The notes under the pieces: generated by a model
The model's input: the letters and a program-made list of their open reading frames with translations, nothing else
Told to the model about the DNA's origin: nothing
The model's database searches: none
Origin: an uncultured Desulfatitalea sp.
GTDB taxonomy: Bacteria; Desulfobacterota; Desulfobacteria; Desulfobacterales; Desulfosarcinaceae
DNA length: 64,000 bases
Direction: 5' to 3'
NCBI GenBank assembly: GCA_963668675.2
Contig: CAXXMB010000001.1
Location: 1,472,001-1,536,000, forward strand
Made by a program: the position numbers and the translations under genes
Shown: positions 9,750 through 21,203 of the stretch, piece by piece
Numbering within the stretch: the stretch's first letter is position 1
How the letters are laid out: each line of letters starts with the position of its first letter

Positions 9750-10091
9750 TCAGGAGTTGACCTGATTGGCATCGTCTCGTTTTGGCAACTTGATTTTTCT
9801 TTGCGCCGCCTCCGGATGCGGACGATAGAGGGTCGCGATATGCCCAACCATGCCGACAAAGTGAGCGGACGTAGCCTTCTGGATGGACTCCACCATCATC
9901 CGTTTGTCGGCCTTTGACTTGTTTTCGATGAATTTGACCTTGATCAGTTCGTGGTGATCCAGCGCTTCTTCCAAGGAGAGAACGACCATCTCGGTAACCC
10001 CCTTCTGACCGATCAAAATTACGGGCTTCAGAGGATGAGCCAATGCTCGCAGATAGTTAAGCTGGTAACCTTTCAGCTTATCAGTCGCCAT
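9750..10091 (-). CDS. yhbY: YhbY/CRM RNA-binding protein
   Basis: YLRALAHPLKPVILIGQKG, HELIKVK, GHIATLYR; start set at ATG 10091. Confidence 0.9.
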   Translation of the reverse strand: MATDKLKGYQLNYLRALAHPLKPVILIGQKGVTEMVVLSLEEALDHHELIKVKFIENKSKADKRMMVESIQKATSAHFVGMVGHIATLYRPHPEAAQRKIKLPKRDDANQVNS

Positions 10092-10101
10092 CTTTCGCGG
10101 A

Positions 10102-10353
10102 TTAACGCCTTCTGATTCTTTCGACAATGAATTCAACCTCGGACTCCATCTCATTCACTTTCTGGGACACCTGCATGACAGCAGAATCGGTACTGATCGC
10201 AACACTTTCAACCGAATCAAGGGTAGAAGCAATTTTGGCGTTCTTGGCATTGAGATCACTTAGCTGGTCGTTGATTTGAAACAAAAAAATCGTGATGATG
10301 ACAAGCCATAGCGTAACGACAATTGCTTTCCACTCCTTTTTCAAGAACGCCAT
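10102..10353 (-). CDS. Small single-TM coiled-coil hypothetical protein
   Basis: One hydrophobic helix followed by a heptad-like segment; RBS GAGGGAG; 10 nt upstream of yhbY. Confidence 0.7.
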   Translation of the reverse strand: MAFLKKEWKAIVVTLWLVIITIFLFQINDQLSDLNAKNAKIASTLDSVESVAISTDSAVMQVSQKVNEMESEVEFIVERIRRR

Positions 10354-10661
10354 AAGATAACTCCCTCACTCGATGTTGAATGGGTTTACGATCGGATGGG
10401 TACCAATTCTTTGAGTATGCGCTACCCATATGCATAACGGTTTCCTTGGTCATTGACAAGCATTTTTCATAGTTTCATTGATATCTCACTGATTATATGA
10501 TATTTTGCCTTTTGATTTCCGTATTACTCCAGAACAAATTGTGTGTGCCGCAACTTAAATCGCCCCAGCCCGTAAGGGTTCTCTACCATGAGATACGCGG
10601 CAAGGGGGAAAACAACCTAAACCATCTGCTACTCTTTTCGCAACCGCAAGTGGGAGACGCT

Positions 10662-11003
10662 ATGGGCACGGATGATTCAGACGAAAGCAGACCTGAGAGA
10701 AGAGCGGAAGCACGGGCAATGGATGGACGGTTCTACAGCGTCCAGTTCACGACGGAAGGGCTCGCTTCTTTTTACCAATTCAAACTATGGAACATCTCTC
10801 CCAAAGGGATTTGCATCTTGGTGAAGGAGGAGTCTGAGGTACTCAACCATCTTAACGTCGGGGACACTATCGAGATGAGCTACTTCCTGGCCGATTCCCC
10901 AGGCGCGTTCGAAAATATAAAAACGCAAATCAAACACATTACCAAAAATGAAGATGGCCGTTTCCAAGGGCACTACCTCGTTGGACTGGCCACCCTCCCC
11001 TGA
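10662..11003 (+). CDS. PilZ domain protein (c-di-GMP receptor)
   Basis: ERRAEAR (RxxxR) and NISPKG (D/NxSxxG); RBS GGGAG before ATG 10662. Confidence 0.85.
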   Translation: MGTDDSDESRPERRAEARAMDGRFYSVQFTTEGLASFYQFKLWNISPKGICILVKEESEVLNHLNVGDTIEMSYFLADSPGAFENIKTQIKHITKNEDGRFQGHYLVGLATLP

Positions 11004-11137
11004 TCACCCCTCTCGTCACCGTGCAATAGCTTGAGGACGCCAGATCCCAAGAGTTGTTGGCAAGAGATCGCGGTAGTCCATTGCGGCTGCACCCTTGACA
11101 CCGGACTCACCAGATCTGGAACCTCGGAAGTTGAATT

Positions 11138-12199
11138 CTATGTATAGATGAAGCTGACGGGCAGCGGCGGATATTTCATGACACCCGGCTTGGTCAAGAT
11201 GTGCTCCTGGCCGACGGTGAGCCAGTTGACGTCCGGATTGATCTCACGCAATTTGCCATCATCCGGTGGGCGCGCATGATTGGTGTATGCATATGAGACC
11301 TGAAAAATACAAATCCCCTTCTTTCCGTCCCGCGCCACCACATAATTCTTCTTGAATGTGGGCAGTGTCAAGCTGTTGGCAACAGCAAGCTGCTGCATAT
11401 CATCTTCGCTCAACGGCATCAGGATCGCTTTGGATATCCCCCTCTCGGATATACGAATCAGGGCTCGCGACTCACTGCTACCGACATAGACCGTAGAGAT
11501 GCAGGGAATCCGCTTCAGATATTGTGCCGCGACGATGGCAGCCGTGCGCCTACCGCCCACCATCACTGGCACGCCGTAGTATTCAAACAGCTTTTTCTGA
11601 ACCGTCTCTGCATACTGGTCGCCCTTTTCATATAGGTCTTTGGAGATATATCGCAATGTCTGGGCCAGATCTTCGGCAGCCTCCGTGATGGGCCAGTCGA
11701 TACGCACATGAAAATGGGAGAGCACGTAGCGGTTTTTCAGCTGGCTGCCAGGGTCGCGTTGAATCAGCAACGCGTAATCGACAGGCAGCAGTCCGCGCAA
11801 GAAATTGTAAAAATGGGCCGATTCGATATACTTTTGATTGCGGTCGAAGCTGTCCGGCAGGGGCAGCGCTTTAATCTGCAACAGGTTTTTCTTGGTGGTC
11901 TTGTTCAAATTGAAAAACCGGACATACTTCTTGTAATGCGCGGGTATGGTCTCCTCCACAAAAATCACAAGAAATGTGTTCTGGTGCTCATGCTCCAGGC
12001 TGGGGATACGCGCCCTCGGCTTGAGCTCCCGTTTCTCCACGAACGGGTATGGGGTGCCGCTGTTCAAAAACCGCGTGTAGGATTGGACCAGGGCGTAATC
12101 AAGAACGAACTGGTCCATGTCGTCCCTAAGCAGTTCGTAGTATGATCTGCGCAGTCTATTAACCTGGCTCAGCTCTTCTCTGACACTCCAAAAAGCCAA
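11138..12199 (-). CDS. Hypothetical protein, 353 aa
   Basis: Long ORF with protein-like composition; TTG start with AGGAG RBS; no family recognised. Confidence 0.8.
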   Translation of the reverse strand: MAFWSVREELSQVNRLRRSYYELLRDDMDQFVLDYALVQSYTRFLNSGTPYPFVEKRELKPRARIPSLEHEHQNTFLVIFVEETIPAHYKKYVRFFNLNKTTKKNLLQIKALPLPDSFDRNQKYIESAHFYNFLRGLLPVDYALLIQRDPGSQLKNRYVLSHFHVRIDWPITEAAEDLAQTLRYISKDLYEKGDQYAETVQKKLFEYYGVPVMVGGRRTAAIVAAQYLKRIPCISTVYVGSSESRALIRISERGISKAILMPLSEDDMQQLAVANSLTLPTFKKNYVVARDGKKGICIFQVSYAYTNHARPPDDGKLREINPDVNWLTVGQEHILTKPGVMKYPPLPVSFIYT

Positions 12200-12378
12200 T
12201 CTTCTCTCCTGAAACGGTTGGATTCATTTTGGGCATTCGGTGATAGGTGGCGGCACATTATTCTACGTATTCAGTAATCACACGCCGACGAGAGACAATG
12301 GGTAAAACTCGCTTCAACAGTGAGGGAGGAGATTCAGCTTCAGGGCAGATAGCGTGCGATACGTATGCATTTCTTCGA

Positions 12379-12407
12379 ACTTTACCACTAATTAAGGGTA
12401 GCGTCAA
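12379..12407 (-). promoter_or_regulatory. Putative sigma70 promoter with extended -10
   Basis: Minus strand TTGACG, 17 nt, TAAAGT preceded by TGn. Confidence 0.55.
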
Positions 12408-12464
12408 TTACACTCCCCCTCAACTACTCCGGTTTAAAGGCCAGCCTTATCTAACGGTTCGAAG

Positions 12465-13661
12465 CTATCGGTCGGTCAATGCTTCAACGCCTGGCAGCGC
12501 CTTGCCTTCCAGGAATTCCAGGGATGCTCCCCCCCCCGTGGAGATGTGAGAGATCCTGTCGGCAACGCCGGCTTTCACTGCGGCTGCCGCCGAATCTCCT
12601 CCGCCAATGACCGAAATAGCGCCATGGTCGGTCATATCGGACAACAGCCTCGCAATTGCAAAGGTTCCTTCAGCCGTCTCCTCGATCTCAAAAACCCCCA
12701 TCGGGCCATTCCAGACGATCGTCTTTGCCTCTTTAAGCACGTTGCCGAACAGGGCAATAGTGGCCGGCCCGATATCGAGACCGGCCGCATCCTTAGGAAT
12801 AGATTCGACATCCACCGTCTCTATCTGCTCCACCCTTCCAGCCTTGATATCGAACTGACTGCTGACACGGCAGTCAACGGGCAGGAGCAGTTTGTCTCCG
12901 GCGAGTGTCAAAATATCTCCGGCCATGTCGATGCGATCCTCTTCGAGCAGACTTCTCCCAACACCTAACCCTTTAGCGTGCAAGAAGGTAAACATCATAC
13001 CGCCGCCAACCAGAAGCCGATCCACCTTGGGCAGCAGATTCTGGATGACGTCGATCTTACCCGAAATCTTGGCGCCTCCCAGAATAGCCACAAATGGAGC
13101 CTGAGGCGATGCCATGACCCCACCGATGTACTCAAGCTCTTTCATCATCAGGAAACCGGCAGCGCACGGCTGCAAATGGTGGGTCACCCCCTCGGTAGAA
13201 GCGTGTGCCCGATGTGCCGTTCCGAAGGCGTCATTGACGTATAGGTCGCCTAGCGCCGCAAGCTTCCGGGCAAAATCAGCGTCGTTCTTGGTCTCTTCAT
13301 TGTAGAAGCGCAGATTTTCAAGAAGCAATATCTGCCCGGCGGCCATACGATCGACCGAAGCATTTACCGTCGGCCCTATGCAATCATCGACGAAGTCCAC
13401 CTGCGCATTCAACAGTGACGACAACACCTGAGCACACGGCCGAAGGGACAGCTCCGTCTTGCGTTCGCCCTTGGGGCGGCCCAGGTGGGACATCAGAATC
13501 AACTTACCCCCCTGATCGATGATGTAGCGAATCGTCGGCAGTGCCGCACGAATACGGCTGTCGTCTGCCACCGCGCCATCCTTCAACGGCACGTTGAAAT
13601 CCACGCGCATCAACACCCTTTTGTCTTTCAGGGTCAGATCCCTCACACTCATCTTGGGCAT
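12465..13661 (-). CDS. pgk: Phosphoglycerate kinase
   Basis: [53 protein letters not shown] before ATG 13661. Confidence 0.98.
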   Translation of the reverse strand: MPKMSVRDLTLKDKRVLMRVDFNVPLKDGAVADDSRIRAALPTIRYIIDQGGKLILMSHLGRPKGERKTELSLRPCAQVLSSLLNAQVDFVDDCIGPTVNASVDRMAAGQILLLENLRFYNEETKNDADFARKLAALGDLYVNDAFGTAHRAHASTEGVTHHLQPCAAGFLMMKELEYIGGVMASPQAPFVAILGGAKISGKIDVIQNLLPKVDRLLVGGGMMFTFLHAKGLGVGRSLLEEDRIDMAGDILTLAGDKLLLPVDCRVSSQFDIKAGRVEQIETVDVESIPKDAAGLDIGPATIALFGNVLKEAKTIVWNGPMGVFEIEETAEGTFAIARLLSDMTDHGAISVIGGGDSAAAAVKAGVADRISHISTGGGASLEFLEGKALPGVEALTDR

Positions 13662-13718
13662 ACACACCTCCTGACGATGATAGGGTTGATCTATATTACT
13701 ATGAACTGATAGGAACAG

Positions 13719-14012
13719 CTATGTGCTCTTTTTCTTTTCGATTGAGTGCTTCAGACGATGAATGCTCTTCTTCTGGGACCATCTTTGAAAAAAGCCCGTG
13801 ACCCCCCCCCGGTAGGCGCGATCGATCATCTCCTCGCGAACATTCAGACCTTTCCTGTGCCCCATGGCCGTACGCAGACAGGGGGTCTTGTGCACGCACT
13901 GCAGGCAATTGACCGGCGTAACACGCAATCCGTCGGATCTCATCGGGAAAACCGTATCCAGATCAGCGAAACACTCCGGTCTCTCTTTAGATTCCTTTTC
14001 GGAAGATGTCAT
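13719..14012 (-). CDS. Small four-Cys hypothetical protein
   Basis: PECF..LDTVFP...CLQC..KTPCL; co-oriented between gpsA and pgk; GAGG RBS before ATG 14012. Confidence 0.7.
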   Translation of the reverse strand: MTSSEKESKERPECFADLDTVFPMRSDGLRVTPVNCLQCVHKTPCLRTAMGHRKGLNVREEMIDRAYRGGVTGFFQRWSQKKSIHRLKHSIEKKKST

Positions 14013-14070
14013 CGATACCGCCTCGGATGCCAAGCGTCCCGGCCAGCCTCTGTGAGACGAGGTCGGAACA

Positions 14071-15105
14071 CTAGTTCTGGTCGAGTTCGTTCTTCAAGTC
14101 CCGCGTCATCAACTGGTACACCGCCTCTTTGGGGCAGAGGCCTTCATACAAAATGTGATAGACCGCATGACAGATAGGCATCTCCACCGCTTTGCGGCGC
14201 GATAGATTGTAAACGGAACGGGCTGTTTTCACCCCTTCGGCGACCATGCGCATATCCTTGAGCACCTCATCCAGGGTCGCCCCCTGTCCGATCTTTTTCC
14301 CAACCGTATGGTTGCGGCTCAAGTCTCCAGTGCATGTCAAAACCAGATCGCCCAGGCCTGCCGACCCGCTGAAGGTCTGAGGACTGGCTCCCATGGCCTG
14401 TCCCAGTCGGCTGATCTCCGCCAGGCCCCGCGTGATAAGAGCGGCCCGGGTGTTGAGCCCAAGACCGAGTCCATCCACCATACCGGCAGCAATGGCGATG
14501 ACGTTCTTCACGGCCCCGCCCAATTCAACCCCCATCACATCGACGTTGGTGTAAACCCTGAAGAAGGGTGTCGCAAATACGCGCTGGACGAACCCGGCGC
14601 AATCCAAATCTTCTCCGGCAACCGTCACAACGGTCGGTACGCCCCTGGCCACCTCTTTGGCAAAACTGGGCCCGGAAAGCACCAGCAGTCGATTTGTAGC
14701 CAGACCGGTCAACTCCTCCCCGATCACTGCCGACATGGTGAGCAGGGTATCGTTTTCAATCCCCTTGCTGGCCGATACCACTACACTGTCGGAAGAGAGC
14801 CGACCACCGATCTGACGTGTCACTTGGCGCATCACATGCGATGGCACCACCACCAGTATCAGCTCTTTGTTCTCCACCACTCGAAGCAGATCGTTGGAGG
14901 GGTGCAGATTCTTCGACAGCTTGACGCCGGGCAAAAAGACAGTGTTCTCACGCTTCTCTTCGATCACCCTGCACAGGTCTGTTTCAAAAAGCCACCAGTC
15001 CACCTGGTAACCCTTTTCGGCCAATAGGTTGGCCAGAGCAGTCCCCCAGCTTCCACCACCAACCACGCCAATCCTGATATCCGTTACTTCGCTCCAGTTG
15101 CTCAT
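14071..15105 (-). CDS. gpsA: NAD(P)H-dependent glycerol-3-phosphate dehydrogenase
   Basis: GGGSWGTALA, SKGIE, SGPSFA, KNVIAIAAG, GLGDLVLTC..LSRN. Confidence 0.97.
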   Translation of the reverse strand: MSNWSEVTDIRIGVVGGGSWGTALANLLAEKGYQVDWWLFETDLCRVIEEKRENTVFLPGVKLSKNLHPSNDLLRVVENKELILVVVPSHVMRQVTRQIGGRLSSDSVVVSASKGIENDTLLTMSAVIGEELTGLATNRLLVLSGPSFAKEVARGVPTVVTVAGEDLDCAGFVQRVFATPFFRVYTNVDVMGVELGGAVKNVIAIAAGMVDGLGLGLNTRAALITRGLAEISRLGQAMGASPQTFSGSAGLGDLVLTCTGDLSRNHTVGKKIGQGATLDEVLKDMRMVAEGVKTARSVYNLSRRKAVEMPICHAVYHILYEGLCPKEAVYQLMTRDLKNELDQN

Positions 15106-15170
15106 CTCTCGATCTACACTGCCTTTTTAAACAGATTGAGTCCATGGGTGCTGATCATATCCATTGGCGA

Positions 15171-17639
15171 TCACTCTTCGCCGTTCTCATCACCGTTCTC
15201 CTCGCCGTTCTCATCCTCCTCCTTCTCGGCAAGCCCTGCGGCCATGACGACCCGCTCACCGGGGTCCATGCCGATCAACCGAACCCCCTGGGTGTTGCGG
15301 CTGATGACGGAGATATGATCGACAGGCATTCGAATGATCTTGCCGCGATCCGTAACCAGCATGATGTCGTCGTCCTCCTTTGCCTCCAGGATGCCGACCA
15401 CCTTGCCGTTGCGCTCGTTGGTCTTAATTGTGATGACCCCTTTGCCGCCACGCTTATGCACCGGGTACTCGTCAATGGAGGTACGCTTACCGAATCCGTT
15501 CTCCGTTACAGCAAACAGTGTCTGCCCATAGAGGACCACCTCCATGCCCACGATCAGATCACCCGGATCGAGTCGCATGCCACGCACTCCCTTCGATAGG
15601 CGGCCGCTAGCTCGAATCTCCGACTCATGGAAACGGATGGACTTGCCCGTGGCCGACCCGAGAAAGACATTGTGGGTGCCGTCTGTGATGCGCACCGCGA
15701 TCAGCTCATCGCCAGGCGCCAACCCCAAGGCAATGATGCCGCCGGTCCTGGGCCGTGAAAAGGCCATGAGGTCTGTCTTTTTGACAGTGCCGGCCCTGGT
15801 CGCCATGAGTACGTAGTGGCCGGGATCGAACGAGGGCACTGCCAGAACCGTCGTCATGTGCTCGCCCTCTTCAAAGTTGAGCAGATTCACGATCGCCTTG
15901 CCCCTGCTCGTACGGCCGGCCTGGGGGATATCATACACTTTGCACCAGTAGACTTTGCCCCGGTTGGTAAAAAAGAGAAAGGAGTGATGCGTGGAAGCAA
16001 CAAACAAATGGGAGACGAAATCCTCGTCCTTCATCCCCATTCCTGTCTTTCCTTTGCCCCCTCGCCTCTGGGATTGGTAGAGGGTGATCGGATTGCGCTT
16101 GATGTATCCCGAGCTGGAGATGGTCACCACCATATCCTCTTCGGCGATCATGTCCTCGAGGGTCAATTCCCGCGCACTCTCTACGATTTCGGAGCGGCGG
16201 GCATCTCCGAATTGGGTCTTGAGTTCGACCAGGTCGTCCTTGATCAAATTGAGCACCAACTGCTCGCTGGCCAAAATCGCTTTGAAGCGTTCAATATCTT
16301 TAAGTACCGAGTTGTACTCCTCTATGATCTTGTCACGCTCAAGGCCGGTCAGTCGCTGCAGTCGCATATCGAGAATGGCCTGGGCCTGGATGGTGGAAAG
16401 ACCGAAGGCCTCGATCAGACGCTCCTTGGCCTCGGCAGGCGTCTTCGACTCGCGAATCATCTTCACCACCGCATCGAGGTTCTCCAGGGCGATCTTGAGC
16501 CCTTCCAGGATGTGAGCACGCTCTTCGGCTTTTCTCAAATCGAACTGCGTGCGCCGGATGATCACCTCTTTGCGATGGTCCACGAAATGGGTCAGTATCT
16601 CTTTGAGGCTCAACACCTGCGGCCGTTGCCGCACCACGGCCAGAAAGATAATACCGAAACTGTTCTCCATCTGGGTGTGTTTGTAAAGCTGGTTGACGAT
16701 CACCCCGGAGACGCTGCCTCGTTTAAGGGCGATGGCAATGCGCATGCCGTCCCGGTCGGACTCATCGCGGACATAGCTGATCCCCTCCAGGTGCTTGTCC
16801 TTGACCAGCTCGGCGATCTTGGAGATCAAGCGGGCCTTGTTGACCTGGTAGGGAATCTCGTCCACGACGATGGTCTCCTGCCCGTTTCGCTCTGTTTCGA
16901 TTCGTATCCTGGCCCTTATACGAATAATACCGCGTCCGGTACGATAGGCGTCTATAATACCCGATTTGCCGTAAATGATCCCGCCGGTGGGAAAATCGGG
17001 GCCTGGCAGAAATTGCATCAATTCGTCGCAGGTCATTTCCGGCTCATCGATCAACGCAATGGTTGCATCCACGACCTCCGACATATTGTGCGGCGGAATA
17101 TTGGTTGCCATTCCCACGGCGATACCCGATGAACCGTTCACCAGCAGGGCCGGCACTTTGGCCGGCATCACCGCTGGTTCGTCCAGCGACTCATCGTAGT
17201 TGGGCACGAAATCGACGGTCTCCTTGTCCAGATCCTCCATCATCTCGTGGGCCAGGCGCGTCATGCGCACCTCTGTATAACGCATGGCCGCCGGGGAGTC
17301 TCCGTCTATGGAGCCGAAGTTGCCCTGCCCGTCGACCAGGGTGTAGCGCATCGAAAAGTCCTGGGCCATGCGCACGATGGTATCGTAAACGGCAGTGTCA
17401 CCATGGGGATGGTACTTACCAATCACGTCGCCGACAATACGTGCCGACTTTTTGTAGGCTTTGTTATAGTCGTTCTTCAGCTCGCGCATTGCAAAGAGCA
17501 CGCGTCGATGGACCGGCTTGAGCCCGTCCCGCACGTCCGGCAATGCCCGTCCGATGATCACGCTCATGGCATAATCGAGATAGGACTTTTTCATCTCCTT
17601 CTCGATGCTTACCACGGGCTGGGAATCCGATGTCGTCAT
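15171..17639 (-). CDS. gyrA: DNA gyrase subunit A
   Basis: [29 protein letters not shown], GyrA-box QRRGGKG, C-terminal pinwheel repeats. Confidence 0.98.
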   Translation of the reverse strand: MTTSDSQPVVSIEKEMKKSYLDYAMSVIIGRALPDVRDGLKPVHRRVLFAMRELKNDYNKAYKKSARIVGDVIGKYHPHGDTAVYDTIVRMAQDFSMRYTLVDGQGNFGSIDGDSPAAMRYTEVRMTRLAHEMMEDLDKETVDFVPNYDESLDEPAVMPAKVPALLVNGSSGIAVGMATNIPPHNMSEVVDATIALIDEPEMTCDELMQFLPGPDFPTGGIIYGKSGIIDAYRTGRGIIRIRARIRIETERNGQETIVVDEIPYQVNKARLISKIAELVKDKHLEGISYVRDESDRDGMRIAIALKRGSVSGVIVNQLYKHTQMENSFGIIFLAVVRQRPQVLSLKEILTHFVDHRKEVIIRRTQFDLRKAEERAHILEGLKIALENLDAVVKMIRESKTPAEAKERLIEAFGLSTIQAQAILDMRLQRLTGLERDKIIEEYNSVLKDIERFKAILASEQLVLNLIKDDLVELKTQFGDARRSEIVESARELTLEDMIAEEDMVVTISSSGYIKRNPITLYQSQRRGGKGKTGMGMKDEDFVSHLFVASTHHSFLFFTNRGKVYWCKVYDIPQAGRTSRGKAIVNLLNFEEGEHMTTVLAVPSFDPGHYVLMATRAGTVKKTDLMAFSRPRTGGIIALGLAPGDELIAVRITDGTHNVFLGSATGKSIRFHESEIRASGRLSKGVRGMRLDPGDLIVGMEVVLYGQTLFAVTENGFGKRTSIDEYPVHKRGGKGVITIKTNERNGKVVGILEAKEDDDIMLVTDRGKIIRMPVDHISVISRNTQGVRLIGMDPGERVVMAAGLAEKEEDENGEENGDENGEE
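15181..15216. repeat. 12-bp imperfect tandem repeat x3 in the gyrA acidic tail
   Basis: ccgttctcatca/ccgttctcctcg/ccgttctcatcc encoding [12 protein letters not shown]. Confidence 0.7.
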
Positions 17640-17752
17640 AGTGTTACCTTTCGAGTGTCATCAAACGAAAGAATCCGATGCATATCTCTTTCAACGAGTT
17701 TGGTCGGCTGCCCAAGGCAGCTGTAAAGCCCCATAAAGGGGGGCATCTATTT

Positions 17753-18835
17753 TTACTGCTCTTCTGACTCTACAAACTGCTTGTAGCTGACCCGATAGAT
17801 ATCAGCCATGGTTAAAAAAGCTGTCACCACCAGTGGCCCATAGATGATCCCTAATATCCCGAAAAGCTTCAAGCCGCCGATGATGGCAAAAAAAATCAAC
17901 AGGGGATGAATCTTCACCTGTTTGCCCACCAGCCTCGGTTTAAAGAGATATTCCGTTCCCCCGGAGACAATCAAATAGAAAACAGCAAAAAAGATAGCTG
18001 TGGCAATGCGTCCTTTAACAAACAGGTAGACCACCGTGGGGATGAACACCGCACCGATGCCGACAATGGGGATAAATGCCAGCAACCCCATGATGACGCC
18101 CCATAAGAAGGCGGACTGAAATCCGAAAATCCAAAAAAGAAACCCGCCCAAGCCCCCCTGAATCAGCCCACCGAGACCGTTTCCGATCAAAATGGCATGG
18201 GCCATCTCCTTGAACTTGACGATCAGCATCTTCTCCTGGTCCGTCGGCAGTGGCGATAGATCGATAATATAACTCAAAAGCCGTTCGCCATCGAGAAGCA
18301 GGAAAAAAATCACCATCAGGATCAGAAAAAAGTTGATCACAAACGTCAGGGTGTTGGATGCCACCGCCCGGGCCTGGTCATAAAGAAAGAGCCCTACGAA
18401 CTTCCCGATCTCGGATACCGCGTTTTTGATCTGTTCACCGGTGAGTTCATAATTAAAATTGGCCAACACCGCATTGGCCCGATCGAGAACCTGGGAATCC
18501 CTCAACAACGCATTCACCTGGTCACTGAGCACCGCCCCTTTGGCCATCTGATAGAGACCGAAAGCCTGCTGCGTCAGACTGCCCACGAAAAAAACAATAG
18601 GAACAAAGAGAATCACAAAGATCAAAAGGCAGGTCAAAAAAGCCGCCATCGGAGGCCCGATCTTTTGGTACCTCTGGATCACCCGGTAGAGCGGATAGCT
18701 GATACCGCTGACCACCGCTCCCAGAATGAGAATAGGGAAGAAAGGTTTCAGAAGCCAGCCAAGCACGATAAAAGTCCCGACAAAGCAGACCAGAAAGAAC
18801 CACAATATTAGATTTCGGGTGTTCAACTCACCCAT
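17753..18835 (-). CDS. AI-2E family transporter
   Basis: Multi-TM; IPIVG, LFKPRLVG...IHPLLIFFAIIGG...FG..G...GP. Confidence 0.9.
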   Translation of the reverse strand: MGELNTRNLILWFFLVCFVGTFIVLGWLLKPFFPILILGAVVSGISYPLYRVIQRYQKIGPPMAAFLTCLLIFVILFVPIVFFVGSLTQQAFGLYQMAKGAVLSDQVNALLRDSQVLDRANAVLANFNYELTGEQIKNAVSEIGKFVGLFLYDQARAVASNTLTFVINFFLILMVIFFLLLDGERLLSYIIDLSPLPTDQEKMLIVKFKEMAHAILIGNGLGGLIQGGLGGFLFWIFGFQSAFLWGVIMGLLAFIPIVGIGAVFIPTVVYLFVKGRIATAIFFAVFYLIVSGGTEYLFKPRLVGKQVKIHPLLIFFAIIGGLKLFGILGIIYGPLVVTAFLTMADIYRVSYKQFVESEEQ

Positions 18836-19206
18836 GGTGTCTCTCCCTGGCTGTTCGGCTCATGACGCAAGCATGTCTCTTATCCTGATAGCGTTGCACA
18901 GCAATTCGACCTGTGCCCTGTGTACGGTATGCCGCCAAGGCTCCGAAAAGCGACGATCTCCGTTGCGCGCAAATTGTGCTGGCCACGAATGGTATCCCTT
19001 CATGCGCACCTCCAGGCCAAAGCTGGCAGTACACAGGGTGTGGGAGGGGTTTAAAATGTGCGCCTGCGTGGGCATCGGTGGCCGCGTGGCCCTCTCCCCG
19101 GGTGGCGATCACACAGCGCAGGCGCTTGAGACGGGCGCAGCCAATAGAGTGGCAGGATTAGCAGACGGCTACCCTACAATATCACCAGGCGCCTAATTAG
19201 CGCTCG

Positions 19207-19362
19207 TCATCGGCTGACCAACGCACCGGCAGTGACAATGAGTAACGCTTCATAGATCCACATGGGGGTCAGACTGCCAAATATCGCATAGACAATGCCG
19301 CCGCCAATGATGGCCGGAACACCACAGAAAACCAAAATTGCCAATCGTCTGCTGATTTCCAT
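19207..19362 (-). CDS. Small two-TM membrane protein, 51 aa (not in ORF track)
   Basis: MEISRRLAILVFCGVPAIIGGGIVYAIFGSLTPMWIYEALLIVTAGALVSR*; two hydrophobic segments. Confidence 0.6.
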   Translation of the reverse strand: MEISRRLAILVFCGVPAIIGGGIVYAIFGSLTPMWIYEALLIVTAGALVSR

Positions 19363-19616
19363 GTTTCATTTCCCACTATTGAGTTCGTCTATCTTTTAAT
19401 CCGAATGTATCCGATTTTTCCTGCGCGGCCATGTTGTCCGGACCTGCCTGAAAGTATTGGCAGATGCCTTTTTCGAACAGAGGCCAAACCACAGGATGTT
19501 GTTACCTGTAAAGGGCGAAACCACGACGAATCATATAGGCGCTTTTACCAATAACCGCCTTAAATGTAAAGTGAAAAAGGCCGTTTCACACCAATATTCA
19601 GCCGCCTTGCTCGGCG

Positions 19617-20903
19617 TTATCGCTCGATCACCATGGCCATGCCCATTCCGCCACCGATGCACATGGTTACCAGGCCCGTGTTGTACCCCTTGCGGCACAT
19701 CTGGTTCATGCCGCTGACCATCTGGCGGGCGCCAGTTGCCCCGATCGGATGGCCGAGCGATATACCCGAACCCAGCTCGTTGGGCTTGTCAAAAGCGATC
19801 CCCAGCTCCTTCATGCAACCAATGGCCTGGGAAGCAAACGCCTCATTGAGCTCGATCATATCGATATCGCCAACGCCCATACCGGCGGCATCGAGCGCCT
19901 TTCGAACGGCCGGTACCGGCCCTAGCCCCATGTAGGCAGGATCCAGGCCCCCGGATGAGAAGGATGTTATGCTCACAATCGGTTCCAATCCCATGGCCGC
20001 CGCCTTATCAGCACTCATCAATACAACGGCCCCTGCCCCGTCGTTGATCCCCGAAGCGTTACCCGCCGTTACCGTACCATCCTTTTTGAAGGCAGGCCGC
20101 AGTTTGGCCATCTTCTCCATACTGGTCTCCATGGGGCGTTCATCCGTATCGACCACGACCTCACCCTTGCGGGTCTTGATCGTCACCGGTTCGATCTCCT
20201 GCGCAAAAAGCCCCTCTTTGATGGCCGTCATGGCGCGCTGATGGCTCAACACCCCAAGTTCGTCCTGCTCCTGACGGCTGATCTGATAGAGAGCCGCAAT
20301 ATTTTCGGCTGTCATACCCATGTGATATCCGTAGAAGATTTCGTAAAGGCCGTCGAATACCATGAGATCGTATATGTCACCCTTACCTGTCAGCTCCATA
20401 CGGTGACCCCAGCGGGCCTTGGGCAACGCCATGGGCGCCCGGCTCATGTTCTCCTGCCCACCGGCCACCACCACCTCGGCCTGGCCGGTCATGATCGACT
20501 GGGCTCCCAGCGCAATGGCTTTAAGGCCCGATCCACACACCTTGTTGATCGTAAAAGCCGGCGTCTCCTTGGGAAGCCCCGCCTTCATCATGGCCTGACG
20601 GGCCGGATTCTGTCCCAGACCGGCCTGCAACACATTGCCCATGATCACTTCGTCCACCGCCACCGGCTGGGCATCCGCATCCCATTCACCGGCAGCCGTT
20701 TCGAGCTCAATCAACCCCTGGTCTTTGAGCTTATCGGCAGCAACCGCCTTCATGCGGTCATCGGCAACCGGCTTGAGCCCAGCCCTCTGAAGCGCACTCC
20801 GCATCACCAGCGCCCCCATCTCCACCGCCGAGACATCCTTTAAACAACCGCCGAAAGACCCCACCGCCGTGCGGGCTCCGCTAACAATTACAACCTTGTT
20901 CAT
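19617..20903 (-). CDS. Acetyl-CoA C-acyltransferase (thiolase)
   Basis: NKVCGSG, TAGNASGINDG, NEAFA, GHPIGATG, CIGGGMG; start MNKVVIV at 20903 with GGGGAG RBS. Confidence 0.96.
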   Translation of the reverse strand: MNKVVIVSGARTAVGSFGGCLKDVSAVEMGALVMRSALQRAGLKPVADDRMKAVAADKLKDQGLIELETAAGEWDADAQPVAVDEVIMGNVLQAGLGQNPARQAMMKAGLPKETPAFTINKVCGSGLKAIALGAQSIMTGQAEVVVAGGQENMSRAPMALPKARWGHRMELTGKGDIYDLMVFDGLYEIFYGYHMGMTAENIAALYQISRQEQDELGVLSHQRAMTAIKEGLFAQEIEPVTIKTRKGEVVVDTDERPMETSMEKMAKLRPAFKKDGTVTAGNASGINDGAGAVVLMSADKAAAMGLEPIVSITSFSSGGLDPAYMGLGPVPAVRKALDAAGMGVGDIDMIELNEAFASQAIGCMKELGIAFDKPNELGSGISLGHPIGATGARQMVSGMNQMCRKGYNTGLVTMCIGGGMGMAMVIER

Positions 20904-21119
20904 GGTACTCCCCCTTGAGTTGATGAACACCCGAAAGTGTCTATTTTTCTTCAAACGGATACGCAGCATTACAAGCGCACCTATATAGCATAGGTGCCGA
21001 TGTTTATAAACAGACAAAAACCGGAATCGCAGCGCCCCGGGCTTTAGCCTGGCGATGGGTTTTACACTTTACACCCTGCCCTCGATATCGTTAAGCTAAC
21101 GATCTTGGGAAACAGAACC

Positions 21120-21140
21120 GGGTGGGCATAAGACCCGCCC
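21120..21140 (+). repeat. REP-like palindrome, copy 1
   Basis: GGGTGGGCATAAGACCCGCCC; aligns without gaps to the copies at 36825 and 50816. Confidence 0.5.
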
Positions 21141-21203
21141 CCTCAAAAATTGATCTAACGCTCTGGGCTTGTGCCCGAGTATTGACGATACATGGGTATA
21201 CCT

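Noticed and set aside
10540..10660. Possible c-di-GMP riboswitch upstream of the PilZ gene
   Set aside because: Only isolated GNRA-like hairpins; conserved GEMM elements not found
15171..17639. gyrA without an adjacent gyrB
   Set aside because: Separated gyrA and gyrB are common; the GyrA-box argues against parC
18836..19200. Unexplained ~360-nt gap with several short ORFs, RNase P/tmRNA-sized
   Set aside because: No credible protein motifs or RBS, and no GAGGAAAGTC or tRNA-like ends
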